DNA from: an uncultured Acidobacteriota bacterium
Lineage (GTDB): Bacteria > Acidobacteriota > Vicinamibacteria > Vicinamibacterales > 2-12-FULL-66-21
Direction of reading: 5' to 3'
Length of the DNA: 64,000 nt
NCBI GenBank assembly: GCA_963836665.1
Contig: CAWIKL010000001.1
Coordinates: forward strand, 1,999,818-2,063,817
Each line of letters starts with the position of its first letter. Within the stretch, counting starts at the first letter, position 1. Positions 1 to 10,383 of this stretch are shown piece after piece. Below the pieces are notes generated by a model. The model saw only the letters and a list, made by a program, of their open reading frames with translations. It did not search any database and was not told where the DNA came from. The translations under genes were made by a program, and so were the position numbers.

Positions 1-5
1 TGACT

Positions 6-470
6 ATGACTGCGGGCGCCGCGGCCCTCGCAACCCTCATGGGACTGCAGGCGTACGCCCAGCAAGATCCCGCGAAGCCGGCCCAGGATCAGACCAAGAT
101 CTCGGTCGAGCACGCCAAGGAAGTCACCTTCACCGGGTGTCTACAGACCGGCACTGAAGCCAAAACTTACATCCTCGACAAGGTCCAGCCGGTTAAGACC
201 ACTGATGTCGTCGGCACCAGCGGCGAAGTGATGAGCGTGACCAAATACGAGCTCGTACCGTCCGAGAAGATCGAGCTGCAGGAACACGTCGGCCATAAGG
301 TCGAGGTCACCGGCGTCGCCATCCCAGCGGGGGAAGGGGACGCGAAGGTCAAGGTGCAGACGAAGCTGCCGGGATCCGAGCAGCAGAGCGAGACGAAGAT
401 TGCGAAGGGCGCCACACCCCAGTTCCGCGTCATCTCGGTCAAGCAGCTCGCCGACACCTGTTCGAACTAA
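6..470 (+). CDS. hypothetical secreted protein (154 aa; true start may lie beyond the window edge)
   Basis: GC3-rich ORF. The N-terminal hydrophobic segment AAALATLMGLQAYAQQ looks like a signal peptide. TAA stop at 468-470 is followed by hairpin 481-506. No family recognised. Confidence 0.6.
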   Translation: MTAGAAALATLMGLQAYAQQDPAKPAQDQTKISVEHAKEVTFTGCLQTGTEAKTYILDKVQPVKTTDVVGTSGEVMSVTKYELVPSEKIELQEHVGHKVEVTGVAIPAGEGDAKVKVQTKLPGSEQQSETKIAKGATPQFRVISVKQLADTCSN

Positions 471-480
471 CCCCAGACAG

Positions 481-506
481 CTCAGTGCGGCAAACGCCGC
501 ACTGAG
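481..506 (+). terminator. stem-loop after the first gene (perfect 11-bp stem, 4-nt loop, no U-tract)
   Basis: CTCAGTGCGGC-AAAC-GCCGCACTGAG, read directly, 11 nt after the TAA stop. The lack of a T-run lowers confidence that it is an intrinsic terminator. Confidence 0.45.
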
Positions 507-538
507 CCCTTCTCGCCCTCCCTCGCGCCTTCATCGGC

Positions 539-900
539 ATGAAGGCGTTTCTCCTTTTCTCACTGCTCGCCCAGGCTCCGGCTCCAATCGTCCTGCCGCG
601 CGCCGACGTCTATGTCGTCGCCGGCTGGCAGAACCTGCACAAGGAACAGGCCAACAGGAGTACGTCTCGTCGCGCGCGGCGATCCGTGAAGCGAACGTCT
701 CGATCGGACAGCAGTACCAGTTCTTCCGCAATCAGTGGTTCCATCCGCACCTCGGCGCCGGCGCGGAGATCGCGCGCGAGACGGTGACCGAGGAATTCGA
801 GCCGGTCTACGTCTTTGACAGCGTCACGCGCACGTCGAAGCCGGTCGCGCCGGTGACGAGCACCGGACCCGCGCAGCGCTGGCTCGCGCGTGGCTTTGGC
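539..900 (+). pseudogene. disrupted ORF for a small secreted or outer-membrane-like protein (frameshift near 653-655, no in-frame stop afterwards)
   Basis: Frame 2 gives the signal-like MKAFLLFSLLAQAPAPIVLPRADVYVVAGWQNLHKEQ. Good codon usage then continues in frame 1 (QEYVSSRAAIREANVSIGQQYQFFRNQWFHPHLGAGAEIARE...RWLARGFG). Both alternative continuations are Arg/Ser-rich junk. Confidence 0.4.
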
Positions 901-1309
901 GAAGGAGGCACTCTCGATTCTGATCTGCCTATCGCTCATCACATCGAGCATCGGCTGCGCGTCGGGCGGACGGACACCGGTCGCGACTGGTCCGGCGCCA
1001 AGCGCGGCCGACTCACGGGCGATGGCCGACTACGTGCAGCGGTTGCCGGCCGGGAGCCGAGTGCGGGTCGAACGCGCCGACGGCTCGTCTCTTCGCGGCA
1101 CCCTGATGAGCGCAACCGACGACAAGATCGTCGTGCAAAAGAACACGCGCATCCCGGAGCCGGCGGTGGCGATCCCGGTCGCCACCGTGGCGCGCGTGAC
1201 CGTCGACGGCGGCAGCGGCGGCGTCGGCAAGGCCGTGGCGATTGGGATCGCCTCAGGCGTCGGCGTCTTCTTCGCGATCCTGGCGATGGTCATCGGCTCC
1301 GGGGGGTGA
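890..1309 (+). CDS. lipoprotein, function unknown (139 aa)
   Basis: GTG start. Signal peptide MALAKEALSILICLSLITSSIG|C has a lipobox-like SIGC. C-terminal Gly-rich hydrophobic tail (GKAVAIGIASGVGVFFAILAMVIGSGG). The 3' end overlaps the convergent antiporter gene by 57 nt. Confidence 0.6.
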   Translation: MALAKEALSILICLSLITSSIGCASGGRTPVATGPAPSAADSRAMADYVQRLPAGSRVRVERADGSSLRGTLMSATDDKIVVQKNTRIPEPAVAIPVATVARVTVDGGSGGVGKAVAIGIASGVGVFFAILAMVIGSGG

Positions 1310-2530
1310 CGCAGAACGCCCTGAAACAGCGCTTAGCATCGGACCGGTCATCGCGGTCGTGACGATGGCCATGATGACCATCATCGCGAACAGCGGTGGG
1401 CTGATGACGCCGATGTCGACGCCGACATTCAGCACGACGAGTTCCATCAGGCCGCGCGTATTCATGAGGATGCCGAGCGCGGCAGCGAAGCGCCATGGCA
1501 TGCCGGCGATACGCGCGGCGGCGAACGTGCCGCCGAACTTGCCCGCCGTCGCCAGCAGAATCAGTGACAGGCACACGGCCCATTGCCCGGGCGTGGCCAC
1601 CAAACCGATTTCGGTCCGCAGGCCGGTCAACGCAAAAAACGCCGGCAGGAAGATAGCGGTCACGACCGGCGTGTGCTGCGAGTGCAGACGCCGGGCAATC
1701 GCGCCGCCGGGCGGGAGGATCGCGCCGAACAGGAACGCTCCGAAGATGGCGTGAAGGCCAATCGACTCGGCGACGACGGCCGACACGAGCATCAAGGCCA
1801 GGGTCCAGGCGATTCCCGCAGTCGTTGTGTCTTCAGGACCGTCAACGCGCCCGGCGAGGCGCGCCGCGATTGGACGGCCGACCGCGAACATGAACACGGT
1901 GAAGGCGACCGCCAGCAGTGCCGAGACCAGCGCGCCCGCGATGGTGGCGCGCGCGACGCCGACGACCACTCCGAGCAGGCACCAACCGATCAGATCGTTG
2001 ATCGCCGCGCAGGTGAGCGCAGCCGTGCCCAGTTCGCTGCGCGCCAGTCCGCGATCGGTGAGGATCCGGGCGAGCACGGGGAATGCCGTGATCGACATGG
2101 CGATGCCCATGAACAGCGCGAAGGCAATGAAGGGGACGCCGGTCGGGCCGTAGGCCGGGAAGAGCGCGAAGGCGAATGCGCAGCCGAGCAGGAATGGCAG
2201 CGCGATGCTGACCTGTGACGTGAAAATGTAGGGCGCAGCCCGCCGGCGCAGCGACGCTGGATCGAAATCCAATCCGAGAACGAACATGTAGAGCACCACG
2301 CCCAGTTGCGCGACGACGCCGAGCGCCGGACGCGCGGACTCGGGAAACAAGCGCGCTTCGATCCCCGGCGCGACGCGACCCAGCAGTGAAGGCCCGAGCA
2401 GAATGCCCGCCAGCACTTCTCCAACGACCGGCGGCTGCCCGAACCGGGCGACGAGGCGGCCGACGACGTGGCTGGCGATCACGACCGTGGCGAGTGCCAA
2501 CAGCACGTGCACGGTCAGTGCGGAACTCAT
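1253..2530 (-). CDS. cation:proton antiporter, CPA2 / Na_H_Exchanger family (425 aa)
   Basis: About 12 predicted TM segments. The N-terminus VVGRLVARFGQPPVVGEVLAGILLGPSLLGR is typical of Kef/CPA2-type exchangers. Confidence 0.8.
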   Translation of the reverse strand: MSSALTVHVLLALATVVIASHVVGRLVARFGQPPVVGEVLAGILLGPSLLGRVAPGIEARLFPESARPALGVVAQLGVVLYMFVLGLDFDPASLRRRAAPYIFTSQVSIALPFLLGCAFAFALFPAYGPTGVPFIAFALFMGIAMSITAFPVLARILTDRGLARSELGTAALTCAAINDLIGWCLLGVVVGVARATIAGALVSALLAVAFTVFMFAVGRPIAARLAGRVDGPEDTTTAGIAWTLALMLVSAVVAESIGLHAIFGAFLFGAILPPGGAIARRLHSQHTPVVTAIFLPAFFALTGLRTEIGLVATPGQWAVCLSLILLATAGKFGGTFAAARIAGMPWRFAAALGILMNTRGLMELVVLNVGVDIGVISPPLFAMMVIMAIVTTAMTGPMLSAVSGRSASPPGADDHRQDREEDADA

Positions 2531-2645
2531 GAAGTGAAGATTCTATGAGTTGACGCGTCCAGGGCGTAAACGGCCCAGGATTGGCCTGCGTTCTGCAACT
2601 GCCGGGTCACGTCGCGTGCGCCTCAGCCGCACGCGTCAGACTTTG

Positions 2646-3914
2646 ATGCACGAGCCACTTCGCCCGTCACCTGTCGCGGCCACCCTACGTCACCCGCACA
2701 AGACGCGTCACTGGCTTGCCTGGCTTGTGGTCGTCGCGGTCACCGGCGTCTTGCTGCTGCCATTACTTCACAAACGATCCGTTGCGGCTGAGGCGGCCGC
2801 GGGCGGCGGCCGGGGCGGGCGGGGCGTCAGCTTCAGCGGCGACGCCACCCCGGTCAGCGTGGCCAAGGTCCAGACCGGCGACATGCCGATCTATCTCGAC
2901 GCCATGGGAACTGTGACGCCGCAGTCGACGGTCAACGTCTACAGCCAGGTCAGCGGCCGTGTCCTGTCGGTCAATTATCAGGAAGGTCAGATCGTCAGGA
3001 AGGGACAGGTACTCGTCGAGATCGATCCGCGGCCGACCGAAGCCCAGCTGCAGCAGGCGCAGGGAACGCTCAGCCGTGACCAGGCGGCGCTGCAACAGGC
3101 GCGCACCGATCTCCAGCGCTACGAGAACGCGCTCGAGGATCACGCCATTCCTGAGCAGACCGTGTCGGACCAGCGCGCCGTTGTCCGGCAGGACGAAGGC
3201 ACGATCGCCAACGATCAGGCGGCGGTTCAGTACGACCAGGTTCAGCTGAGCTACGCGCACATCGTCGCGCCGATTGCGGGCCGCATCGGTCTCCGCCTGG
3301 TCGACGCCGGCAACACCATCTTCTCGGGGAGCGGCACGACGATCGCGACAATCACCCAGATCGATCCGATCACGGTTGTCTTCTCGGTCGCCGAGGATCA
3401 TCTGCCGGAGGTCCAGAAGCAGCTGCGTGCCGGGCGCACGCTGACCGTCGATCTGTATGATCGCGCGCAATCGACCAAGATCGCGTCAGGGAAACTGCTC
3501 AGCCTCGATAACCAGGTCGATACCACGACCGGCACGGTGAAACTGCGCGCGCTGTTCAGCAACGCCCAGGGCGCGCTGTTCGCGAACCAGTTCGTGAGCA
3601 CGCGCCTGCAGGTCGACACCCTACGCAGTGCCAAGCTGATTCCGACCGTCGCGGTCCAGTACAACGGGCCGCAGGCGTTCGTCTATCTGGTGCAACCGAA
3701 CCAGACCGCCGTGCTGCGCAACATCACCGTCTCTAACACGGAGGCGAATCAGGCGGCCATCGACGGCCTGAACCCGGGCGATACCGTCGTGACCAGCAAC
3801 TTCGATCGGCTGCAGGACGGCGGGAAGATCGTCGACGCCGACGCGCAGCGCGGCCAGCGCGGCTCGACGCCGGCCCAGGGCGCGCCGGGACGCGGGAGGG
3901 GACGCCAGCAATGA
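2646..3914 (+). CDS. mdtA: RND efflux periplasmic adaptor subunit (MdtA-like, HlyD_D23 family)
   Basis: ATG at 2646 (MHEPLRPS...), then a TM anchor [19 protein letters not shown]. Shows barrel-sandwich, coiled-coil ([27 protein letters not shown]) and beta-barrel signatures. The TTG at 2550 extends the ORF but that stretch looks non-coding. The stop overlaps the mdtB start (ATGA). Confidence 0.85.
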   Translation: MHEPLRPSPVAATLRHPHKTRHWLAWLVVVAVTGVLLLPLLHKRSVAAEAAAGGGRGGRGVSFSGDATPVSVAKVQTGDMPIYLDAMGTVTPQSTVNVYSQVSGRVLSVNYQEGQIVRKGQVLVEIDPRPTEAQLQQAQGTLSRDQAALQQARTDLQRYENALEDHAIPEQTVSDQRAVVRQDEGTIANDQAAVQYDQVQLSYAHIVAPIAGRIGLRLVDAGNTIFSGSGTTIATITQIDPITVVFSVAEDHLPEVQKQLRAGRTLTVDLYDRAQSTKIASGKLLSLDNQVDTTTGTVKLRALFSNAQGALFANQFVSTRLQVDTLRSAKLIPTVAVQYNGPQAFVYLVQPNQTAVLRNITVSNTEANQAAIDGLNPGDTVVTSNFDRLQDGGKIVDADAQRGQRGSTPAQGAPGRGRGRQQ

Positions 3915-6900
3915 ACCCCTCCCGGCCTTTCATCCTGAGGCCGGTCGCGACGATTCTCCTGATGGTCGCGATCCTGCTGGTCGGGTTCGTGGCGTTCCGC
4001 GAGCTGCCGATCTCGGCGCTCCCCGAAGTCAACTATCCGACGATCCAGGTCCAGACGCTCTATCCGGGCGCCAGCCCGGACGTCATGAGCTCCACCGTCA
4101 CCGGTCCGCTGGAAAAGCAGTTCGGTCAGATTCAGGGACTGTCGCAGATGACCTCGACGTCCTCGGGCGGCGCTTCGGTCATCGTCCTGCAGTTCGACCT
4201 GGCCATCGACATCGACGTCGCCGAACAGGAAGTGCAGGCGGCGATCAACTCGGCGAGCAGCTTTCTGCCGGCGGACTTGCCGATTCCCCCCACCTATAGC
4301 AAGACCAATCCGGCCGACGCGCCGGTGCTGACGCTGGCGCTGACGTCGAAGTCGATGTCGCTGACCGAGGTGCAGGATCTCGCCGACACGCGGCTGGCGC
4401 CGAAGATTTCGCAGCTGGCCGGCGTCGGGCTGGTGACGATCCAGGGCGGGCAGAAACCGGCGGTGCGGATCCAGGCAAACCCGACCTCGCTGTCGTCGTA
4501 CGGACTGACGCTCGAGAACGTCCGCTCGGCAATCACCGCGACCAGCGTCAACGGCGCGAAAGGCACGCTCAACGGCCCGCAGCAGGCGTACACGATCGAC
4601 GCCAACGATCAGCTGACTTCGGCCGACCAGTACCGGCAAGTCGTCGTCGCCTACCGCAACGGCGCGCCGGTGATGCTGCGCGACGTCGCGACCATCGTCA
4701 ACGGCGTCGAAAACGCCAAGCTCGCGGCGTGGATGAACACGACGCCGGCGATCATCGTGAACATCCAGCGCCAGTCCGACGCGAACACGATCAAGGTGGT
4801 CGACTCGATCAAGGCGCTCCTACCGCAGCTCCAGGCCAGCCTGCCGGCGGCGATCGCGGTGCAGACGCTGACCGACCGGACGGTAACCATCCGCGCCTCG
4901 GTGTCCGACGTCGAGTTCGAGCTGATGTTGACGATCGGCCTGGTCGTGGCCGTGATCTTCATCTTCCTGCGCTCGTGGCGCGCCACGATCATTCCGTCGG
5001 TCGCGGTGCCGCTGTCGCTGGTCGGCACCTTCGCAGCGATGTACGGGCTGGGCTACAGCCTCAACAACCTGACGCTGATGGCGCTGACCATCGCCACCGG
5101 CTTCGTCGTCGACGACGCGATCGTGATGATCGAGAACATCAGCCGCTATCTCGAGCACGGCATGCCGCCGTTCGAAGCGGCACTCAAGGGGTCGGAAGAG
5201 ATCGGTTTCACGATCGTCTCGCTCACCGTCTCGCTCATCGCGGTGCTGATTCCCCTCCTCTTCATGCAGGACATCACCGGCCGGTTGTTCCGCGAGTTCG
5301 CGGTCACGCTGGCGGTGACGATTCTAATCTCGGCGGTGGTCTCGCTGACGTTGACCCCAATGATGGCGTCGAAGCTCCTGCGCCACACGGCGCCCGAGCA
5401 GGAAGGGCGGTTCTATCGCTGGTCGGAGCGCGTGTTCGAGGACGTCATCGCGTTCTACGGCCGGACGCTGAAGTGGGTCCTGGCACGGCAGACGCTAGTT
5501 CTGGCGGTTGCCGTCGTTACACTGCTCAGCGCGGCGCTGCTCTATTACTTCATCCCGAAGGGATTCTTCCCAATCCAGGACACCGGCATCATTCAGGTCG
5601 TCTCACAGGCGCCCGAGGCGACCAGCTTCGACGCGATGGCCACCCGGCAACAAGCGCTGGCGCGCATCATCCTCGACGATCCGGCCGTCGACTCGCTCTC
5701 CTCGTTCATCGGCGTCGACGCCACCAACACGACGCTCAATGGCGGCCGCATGCAGGTCAACCTGAAGCCGCTCGCCGATCGCCAGATCAGCGCCGCCGAC
5801 GCGATCCAGCGCCTGAGGCCGAAGCTGGCCAAGGTCACCGGGATCCAGGCCTTCCTCCAACCGGTGCAGGACCTGACCGTCGAAGACCGCGTCAGCCGGA
5901 CGCAGTTTCAGTACACGGTCGAGGATCCCGACAGCCAGGAGCTCACGACGTGGACGGCGCGGATCGCCGACAAGCTGCGCGCGCTGCCGCAGCTCCAGGA
6001 CGTCGCGACCGACCAGCAGCCGCAGGGCAACGCTGTCACGCTGTCGATCGATCGCGTGACCGCCTCGCGGCTCGGGATCACGCCGCAGGCGATCGACGAC
6101 ACGCTCTACGACGCGTTCGGGCAGCGCCAGGTCACGACGCTCTACACCCAGACGAATCAGTATCACGTCATCCTCGAGGCCGACCCGCGGTTCCAGACGG
6201 GCCCCGAGCGGCTGCAGGACATATATCTGGAGTCGACCGGCGCCTCGAGCGCGCCGACTGCCGCCGGGCGCGGGGGCGGTGGTGGTGCCGGACCGTCAGA
6301 GCTGGCTCCGAGCGCCGGTCCAGCGATCGCAACGACGTCCGCCCGCGGCGGCACACTGGCGACGACGTCGAGTAGCAGCCTGCTCGGAAGCGCGGCGGCG
6401 TCCAGGGCCGTCTCGCCCACGACGGGGGCCAGCACCGTGCTCCAGGTGGCAGCCGCCGGGGGTGGCGGAGCCGCGGTGCCATCCACGAGCGGCTCGCGTA
6501 CGGCGGTGCCGCTGGCGGCACTCGCGACCATCAAGAAAACGCAAACACCGCTCACGATCAACCGCCAGGCTCAGTTTCCGGTCGTGACGATCTCGTTCAA
6601 TCTGGCGCCCGGCGTGCATCTCAGCCAGGCGGTTGACGCCGTCAACGCGGCGACCGAGAGCCTGCACACGCCGATCAACCTGCAGACGCGCTTTCAGGGC
6701 ACCGCGGCCAGCTTCGAGAACTCGCTCAGCAACGAAGGGCTGCTCGTGCTGGCGGCGCTGGTCACCGTCTATATCGTGCTGGGCGTGCTCTACGAGAGCT
6801 TCATCCATCCGCTGACGATTCTCTCGACGCTGCCGTCCGCCGGCGTCGGTGCGCTGCTGGCGCTGCTCCTCTTCCGCCAGGATCTCGGCATCGTCGGCAT

Positions 6901-7282
6901 CATCGGTATCGTGCTGCTGATCGGCATCGTGAAGAAGAACGGGATCATGATGGTCGACTTCGCGTTGCAGGCCGAGCGCACGGAGGGCAAGGAGCCGGAA
7001 GACGCCATCTACCAGGCGAGCCTCCTCCGTTTCCGGCCGATCCTGATGACCACGCTGGCGGCGCTGTTTGGCGGCCTGCCGCTGGCGCTCGGCAGCGGCA
7101 TCGGCGCCGAATTGCGGCGGCCGCTCGGGATCGCGATGGTCGGCGGGTTGCTCCTCAGCCAGGTGCTGACGCTCTACACGACACCGGTCATCTATCTCTG
7201 GTTCGATCGGATCAGCCGGCGGCTGCAGCCGCGCAGGAAAGCCGCGGTGCAGCTCGATCTGCCGCTCGGGGAGCAGGCATGA
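3911..7282 (+). CDS. mdtB: RND multidrug efflux permease, MdtB-like (1123 aa, carries an 88-aa low-complexity insert)
   Basis: Typical HAE1 features: N-terminal [31 protein letters not shown], and C-terminal [14 protein letters not shown]. Paired with a second permease as in mdtBC. ATGA overlaps on both ends. Confidence 0.9.
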   Translation: MNPSRPFILRPVATILLMVAILLVGFVAFRELPISALPEVNYPTIQVQTLYPGASPDVMSSTVTGPLEKQFGQIQGLSQMTSTSSGGASVIVLQFDLAIDIDVAEQEVQAAINSASSFLPADLPIPPTYSKTNPADAPVLTLALTSKSMSLTEVQDLADTRLAPKISQLAGVGLVTIQGGQKPAVRIQANPTSLSSYGLTLENVRSAITATSVNGAKGTLNGPQQAYTIDANDQLTSADQYRQVVVAYRNGAPVMLRDVATIVNGVENAKLAAWMNTTPAIIVNIQRQSDANTIKVVDSIKALLPQLQASLPAAIAVQTLTDRTVTIRASVSDVEFELMLTIGLVVAVIFIFLRSWRATIIPSVAVPLSLVGTFAAMYGLGYSLNNLTLMALTIATGFVVDDAIVMIENISRYLEHGMPPFEAALKGSEEIGFTIVSLTVSLIAVLIPLLFMQDITGRLFREFAVTLAVTILISAVVSLTLTPMMASKLLRHTAPEQEGRFYRWSERVFEDVIAFYGRTLKWVLARQTLVLAVAVVTLLSAALLYYFIPKGFFPIQDTGIIQVVSQAPEATSFDAMATRQQALARIILDDPAVDSLSSFIGVDATNTTLNGGRMQVNLKPLADRQISAADAIQRLRPKLAKVTGIQAFLQPVQDLTVEDRVSRTQFQYTVEDPDSQELTTWTARIADKLRALPQLQDVATDQQPQGNAVTLSIDRVTASRLGITPQAIDDTLYDAFGQRQVTTLYTQTNQYHVILEADPRFQTGPERLQDIYLESTGASSAPTAAGRGGGGGAGPSELAPSAGPAIATTSARGGTLATTSSSSLLGSAAASRAVSPTTGASTVLQVAAAGGGGAAVPSTSGSRTAVPLAALATIKKTQTPLTINRQAQFPVVTISFNLAPGVHLSQAVDAVNAATESLHTPINLQTRFQGTAASFENSLSNEGLLVLAALVTVYIVLGVLYESFIHPLTILSTLPSAGVGALLALLLFRQDLGIVGIIGIVLLIGIVKKNGIMMVDFALQAERTEGKEPEDAIYQASLLRFRPILMTTLAALFGGLPLALGSGIGAELRRPLGIAMVGGLLLSQVLTLYTTPVIYLWFDRISRRLQPRRKAAVQLDLPLGEQA

Positions 7283-10200
7283 ATCTGTCTGCGCCGGCGA
7301 TCAGCCGACCGATCGCGACGATCCTGCTGACGGCCGCGGTGGCGATCGCCGGCGGGATCGCGTTCGTCATGCTGCCCGTGTCACCGCTCCCCGAGATCGA
7401 TTCGCCGACGATCAGCGTCAATGCCAGCTTGCCTGGGGCGAGCCCTGACGTCATGGCGGCGGCCGTCGCGACGCCGCTCGAGCGGGAGTTCGGGCACATC
7501 GCGGGGGTCTCCGAGATGACCTCGCGCAGCGCGACGGGCTCGACGTCGATCTCCCTGCAGTTCGACTTGAGCCGCGACATCAACGCGGCCGCGCGCGACG
7601 TGCAGGCAGCGATCAGTGCGGCCCGTACCTACCTGCCGACCAACCTGCCGTCGAACCCGGCCTACCGCAAGGTCAACTCGGCGGACGCGCCGATCGCCAT
7701 CATCGGCGTGACCTCGAAGAGCTACAGCCGCGCCGCGATGTACGACGCGGCATCGACGATCCTGGCGCAGACACTGTCGCAGATTCCCGGCGTCGGGCAG
7801 GTGACCGTCGGCGGATCGTCGCTGCCGGCCGTGCGCGTCGAGATCAACCCGCGCCAGCTCGAGCACTACGGCGTGCGCCTGTCCGACGTTGCGACGTTCC
7901 TGCGGAACCAGAATGCGCACACGCCGACCGGCAGCATCGCCGACGGCCAGACGACCAGCTACATCAAGGTCAACGACCAGCTGGCGACTGCCAACGACTA
8001 CAAGCCGCTGGTCGTCAGCAGCCGAAACGGGGCCGGCATCCGCCTCGATGACGTCGCGACGGTCGTCGACGCGAACGAGAACGTCCGGTCGGGCGGCTAC
8101 GTCAACGGCTCGGAATCGGTCAGCGTGAACGTCTTCAAGCAGCCGGGCGCCAACGTCATCGAGACGGTCGACCGGATCAAGGCGGCGCTGCCCGCCCTGT
8201 CGGCGGCGATTCCGGCCGCCCAGAAGATCACGCTCGTCCTGGATCGGACGACGACGATCCGGGCATCGCTGCACGAGGTCGAACGAACGCTGCTGCTGTC
8301 GATCGTCCTGGTCATCCTGGTCGTTTTTGTCTTCCTGCGCGACTGGCGCGCGACCATCGTGCCCGGCGTCGCCGTGCCCGTCTCGCTGATCGGCACCTTC
8401 GCCGCGATGTACCTGCTCGGCTATTCGCTCGACAATCTCAGCCTGATGGCGCTGACCATTTCGACGGGCTTCGTCATCGACGACGCGATCGTCGTCATGG
8501 AGAACATCACGCGCCACCTGGAGCTGGGGATGGGGCGTCTGGCGGCGGCCTACGCCGGCGCCGCCGAAATCGGGTTCACGGTCTTGTCGATCACCATGTC
8601 GCTGCTCGCCGTGTTCATTCCGATCCTGATGATGGGCGGCATCGTCGGGCGACTGTTCAGGGAATTCGCCGTGACCCTGTCGGTGGCGATCCTGATTTCC
8701 ATGATGCTGTCGCTGACGACGACGCCGATGCTGTGCTCGCTGCTGCTGAAGCCGCACCGCCACGGCGAACGTCACGGCCGGCTGTACCTGGCGATCGAGG
8801 CCGGATTCGACGGTCTGCGCCGGGGCTACGAACGGAGCCTGGCCTGGGTCCTTCGCGACCACGCGCCGCTCGTGTTGCTCCTGTTGCTCGTCACGATGGG
8901 CCTAAACGTTCTCTACTTGACGCGAATCACGAAGGGCTTCTTCCCGCAGCAGGACACCGGCGCGATCACCGGCGGACTACAGGGGACGCAGGACTCATCG
9001 TTCGAGAAGATGAACGCCGCGCTGCAGCGTGCGGTCGCCATCGTGCGCGCCGACCCGGCCGTCGAGAACGTCGTTGGCTTCACCGGCGGCCAGGGGGCGA
9101 CCAACAGCGGTTTCATGTACATCGCGTTGAAGCCGCTCGAGGATCGGAAAATCAGCGCCAGCGACGTCGTCAACCGGCTGCGGCCAAAGCTGCTGGTGAT
9201 CCGCGAGGCGCAGACATTCCTGCAGGCGGCGCAGGATCTCCGGGTCGGCGGACGGCAGTCGAATTCGCAGTATCAGTTCACGCTGCAGGCAGACTCCACC
9301 AGCGATCTGAAAACGTATGTGCCGCTGCTCGCCCGCGAAATGGCGAAGCTGCCGCAGCTCGCCGACGTCAGCTCGGACCTGCAGACCGGCGGTCTCGAAG
9401 CGTATCTAACCTACGACCGGGCGACGGCGGCACGGCTCGGCCTGACGCCGTCGGACATCGACAGCGCGTTGAACTACAACTTCTCGCAGGCGCAGGTCTC
9501 GACGATCTACAAGACGCTGAACCAGTACCACGTCGTACTCGAGGCGCAGCCGACGTTCACCGGGAGCCCGGATGCATTGAGGAGCACCTACGTGGAAAGC
9601 GCCGCCGGGTCCGTCCCGCTCGTGGCCATCAGTACCTACCGGCCGCTGACCGGACCGCTCTCGGTCAATCACTCTGGTCTGTATCCCTCGTCGACGGTGT
9701 CGTTCAATCTGGCGCCGGGTGGTTCGCTCGACGCGGCAACCAAGGCCATCGCCGCGCTCGAGGCGCAGCTGCACATTCCGACCAGTGTGCACGGCGCCTT
9801 TTCCGGCACGGCGGAGCAGTTTCAGGCGTCGCTCGATTCGGAGCCGGTACTAATCGCGACAGCGATCTTCGCGGTCTACATCGTCCTCGGCGTCCTCTAC
9901 GAGAGCTTCGTGCACCCGATCACGATTCTGACGACGCTGCCGTCGGCGTCGCTGGGGGCGGTGATCACACTGGTCCTGTTCGACGCCGAGCTCGACGTCA
10001 TCTCGCTGATCGGCATCATCCTGCTGATCGGCATCGTCAAGAAGAACGCCATCATGATGATCGATTTCGCGCTGCAGGCGGAGCGCGAGCAGGGGCTGCC
10101 GAGCGACGAGGCGATCCTGCAGGCCTGCGTCCTGCGCTTCCGGCCGATCCTGATGACGACGGCGGCGGCATTTTTCGGCGCCGTGCCGCTGGCGTTTCGT

Positions 10201-10383
10201 GGCGGCATTGGCTCGGAGCTGCGGCGTCCACTCGGTCTTACCATCCTGGGCGGTCTACTCGTCAGCCAGGTCCTCACGCTCTACACGACGCCGGTCGTTT
10301 ACCTGATGCTCGATCGCCTGCGCGTCCGGTTCAGCGGCCGCCGGCGTGCGCGGCCCTACCGGCTCGCGGAGGAATCACGATGA
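7279..10383 (+). CDS. mdtC: RND multidrug efflux permease, MdtC-like (1034 aa)
   Basis: Paralog of the preceding gene ([46 protein letters not shown]). ATGA overlap with both neighbours. Confidence 0.9.
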   Translation: MNLSAPAISRPIATILLTAAVAIAGGIAFVMLPVSPLPEIDSPTISVNASLPGASPDVMAAAVATPLEREFGHIAGVSEMTSRSATGSTSISLQFDLSRDINAAARDVQAAISAARTYLPTNLPSNPAYRKVNSADAPIAIIGVTSKSYSRAAMYDAASTILAQTLSQIPGVGQVTVGGSSLPAVRVEINPRQLEHYGVRLSDVATFLRNQNAHTPTGSIADGQTTSYIKVNDQLATANDYKPLVVSSRNGAGIRLDDVATVVDANENVRSGGYVNGSESVSVNVFKQPGANVIETVDRIKAALPALSAAIPAAQKITLVLDRTTTIRASLHEVERTLLLSIVLVILVVFVFLRDWRATIVPGVAVPVSLIGTFAAMYLLGYSLDNLSLMALTISTGFVIDDAIVVMENITRHLELGMGRLAAAYAGAAEIGFTVLSITMSLLAVFIPILMMGGIVGRLFREFAVTLSVAILISMMLSLTTTPMLCSLLLKPHRHGERHGRLYLAIEAGFDGLRRGYERSLAWVLRDHAPLVLLLLLVTMGLNVLYLTRITKGFFPQQDTGAITGGLQGTQDSSFEKMNAALQRAVAIVRADPAVENVVGFTGGQGATNSGFMYIALKPLEDRKISASDVVNRLRPKLLVIREAQTFLQAAQDLRVGGRQSNSQYQFTLQADSTSDLKTYVPLLAREMAKLPQLADVSSDLQTGGLEAYLTYDRATAARLGLTPSDIDSALNYNFSQAQVSTIYKTLNQYHVVLEAQPTFTGSPDALRSTYVESAAGSVPLVAISTYRPLTGPLSVNHSGLYPSSTVSFNLAPGGSLDAATKAIAALEAQLHIPTSVHGAFSGTAEQFQASLDSEPVLIATAIFAVYIVLGVLYESFVHPITILTTLPSASLGAVITLVLFDAELDVISLIGIILLIGIVKKNAIMMIDFALQAEREQGLPSDEAILQACVLRFRPILMTTAAAFFGAVPLAFRGGIGSELRRPLGLTILGGLLVSQVLTLYTTPVVYLMLDRLRVRFSGRRRARPYRLAEESR

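Noticed and set aside
3749-4639. Long antisense or alternative-frame ORFs throughout the window. Examples: 3749-4639(-), 4729-6375(+), 7381-8862(-), 12324-13301(-), 13332-14852(-), 17256-18137(-), 19132-20838(+), 23453-24952(+), 29591-30580(+), 37220-39337(-), 49567-51411(-), 57059-58693(-), 61969-63732(-).
   Set aside because: Their translations are Arg/Ala/Gly/Pro-rich with no motifs. They lie entirely opposite to, or out of frame with, genes that have clear family signatures. This is the expected stop-codon-poor artefact of about 70% GC DNA.
8733-10379. The 5' 1.6 kb of ORF 8733-11906, which would make a 1057-aa protein.
   Set aside because: It is out of frame and inside mdtC, with a junk translation. 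The real gene starts at the ATG at 10380, where a lipobox and the NodT signature begin.
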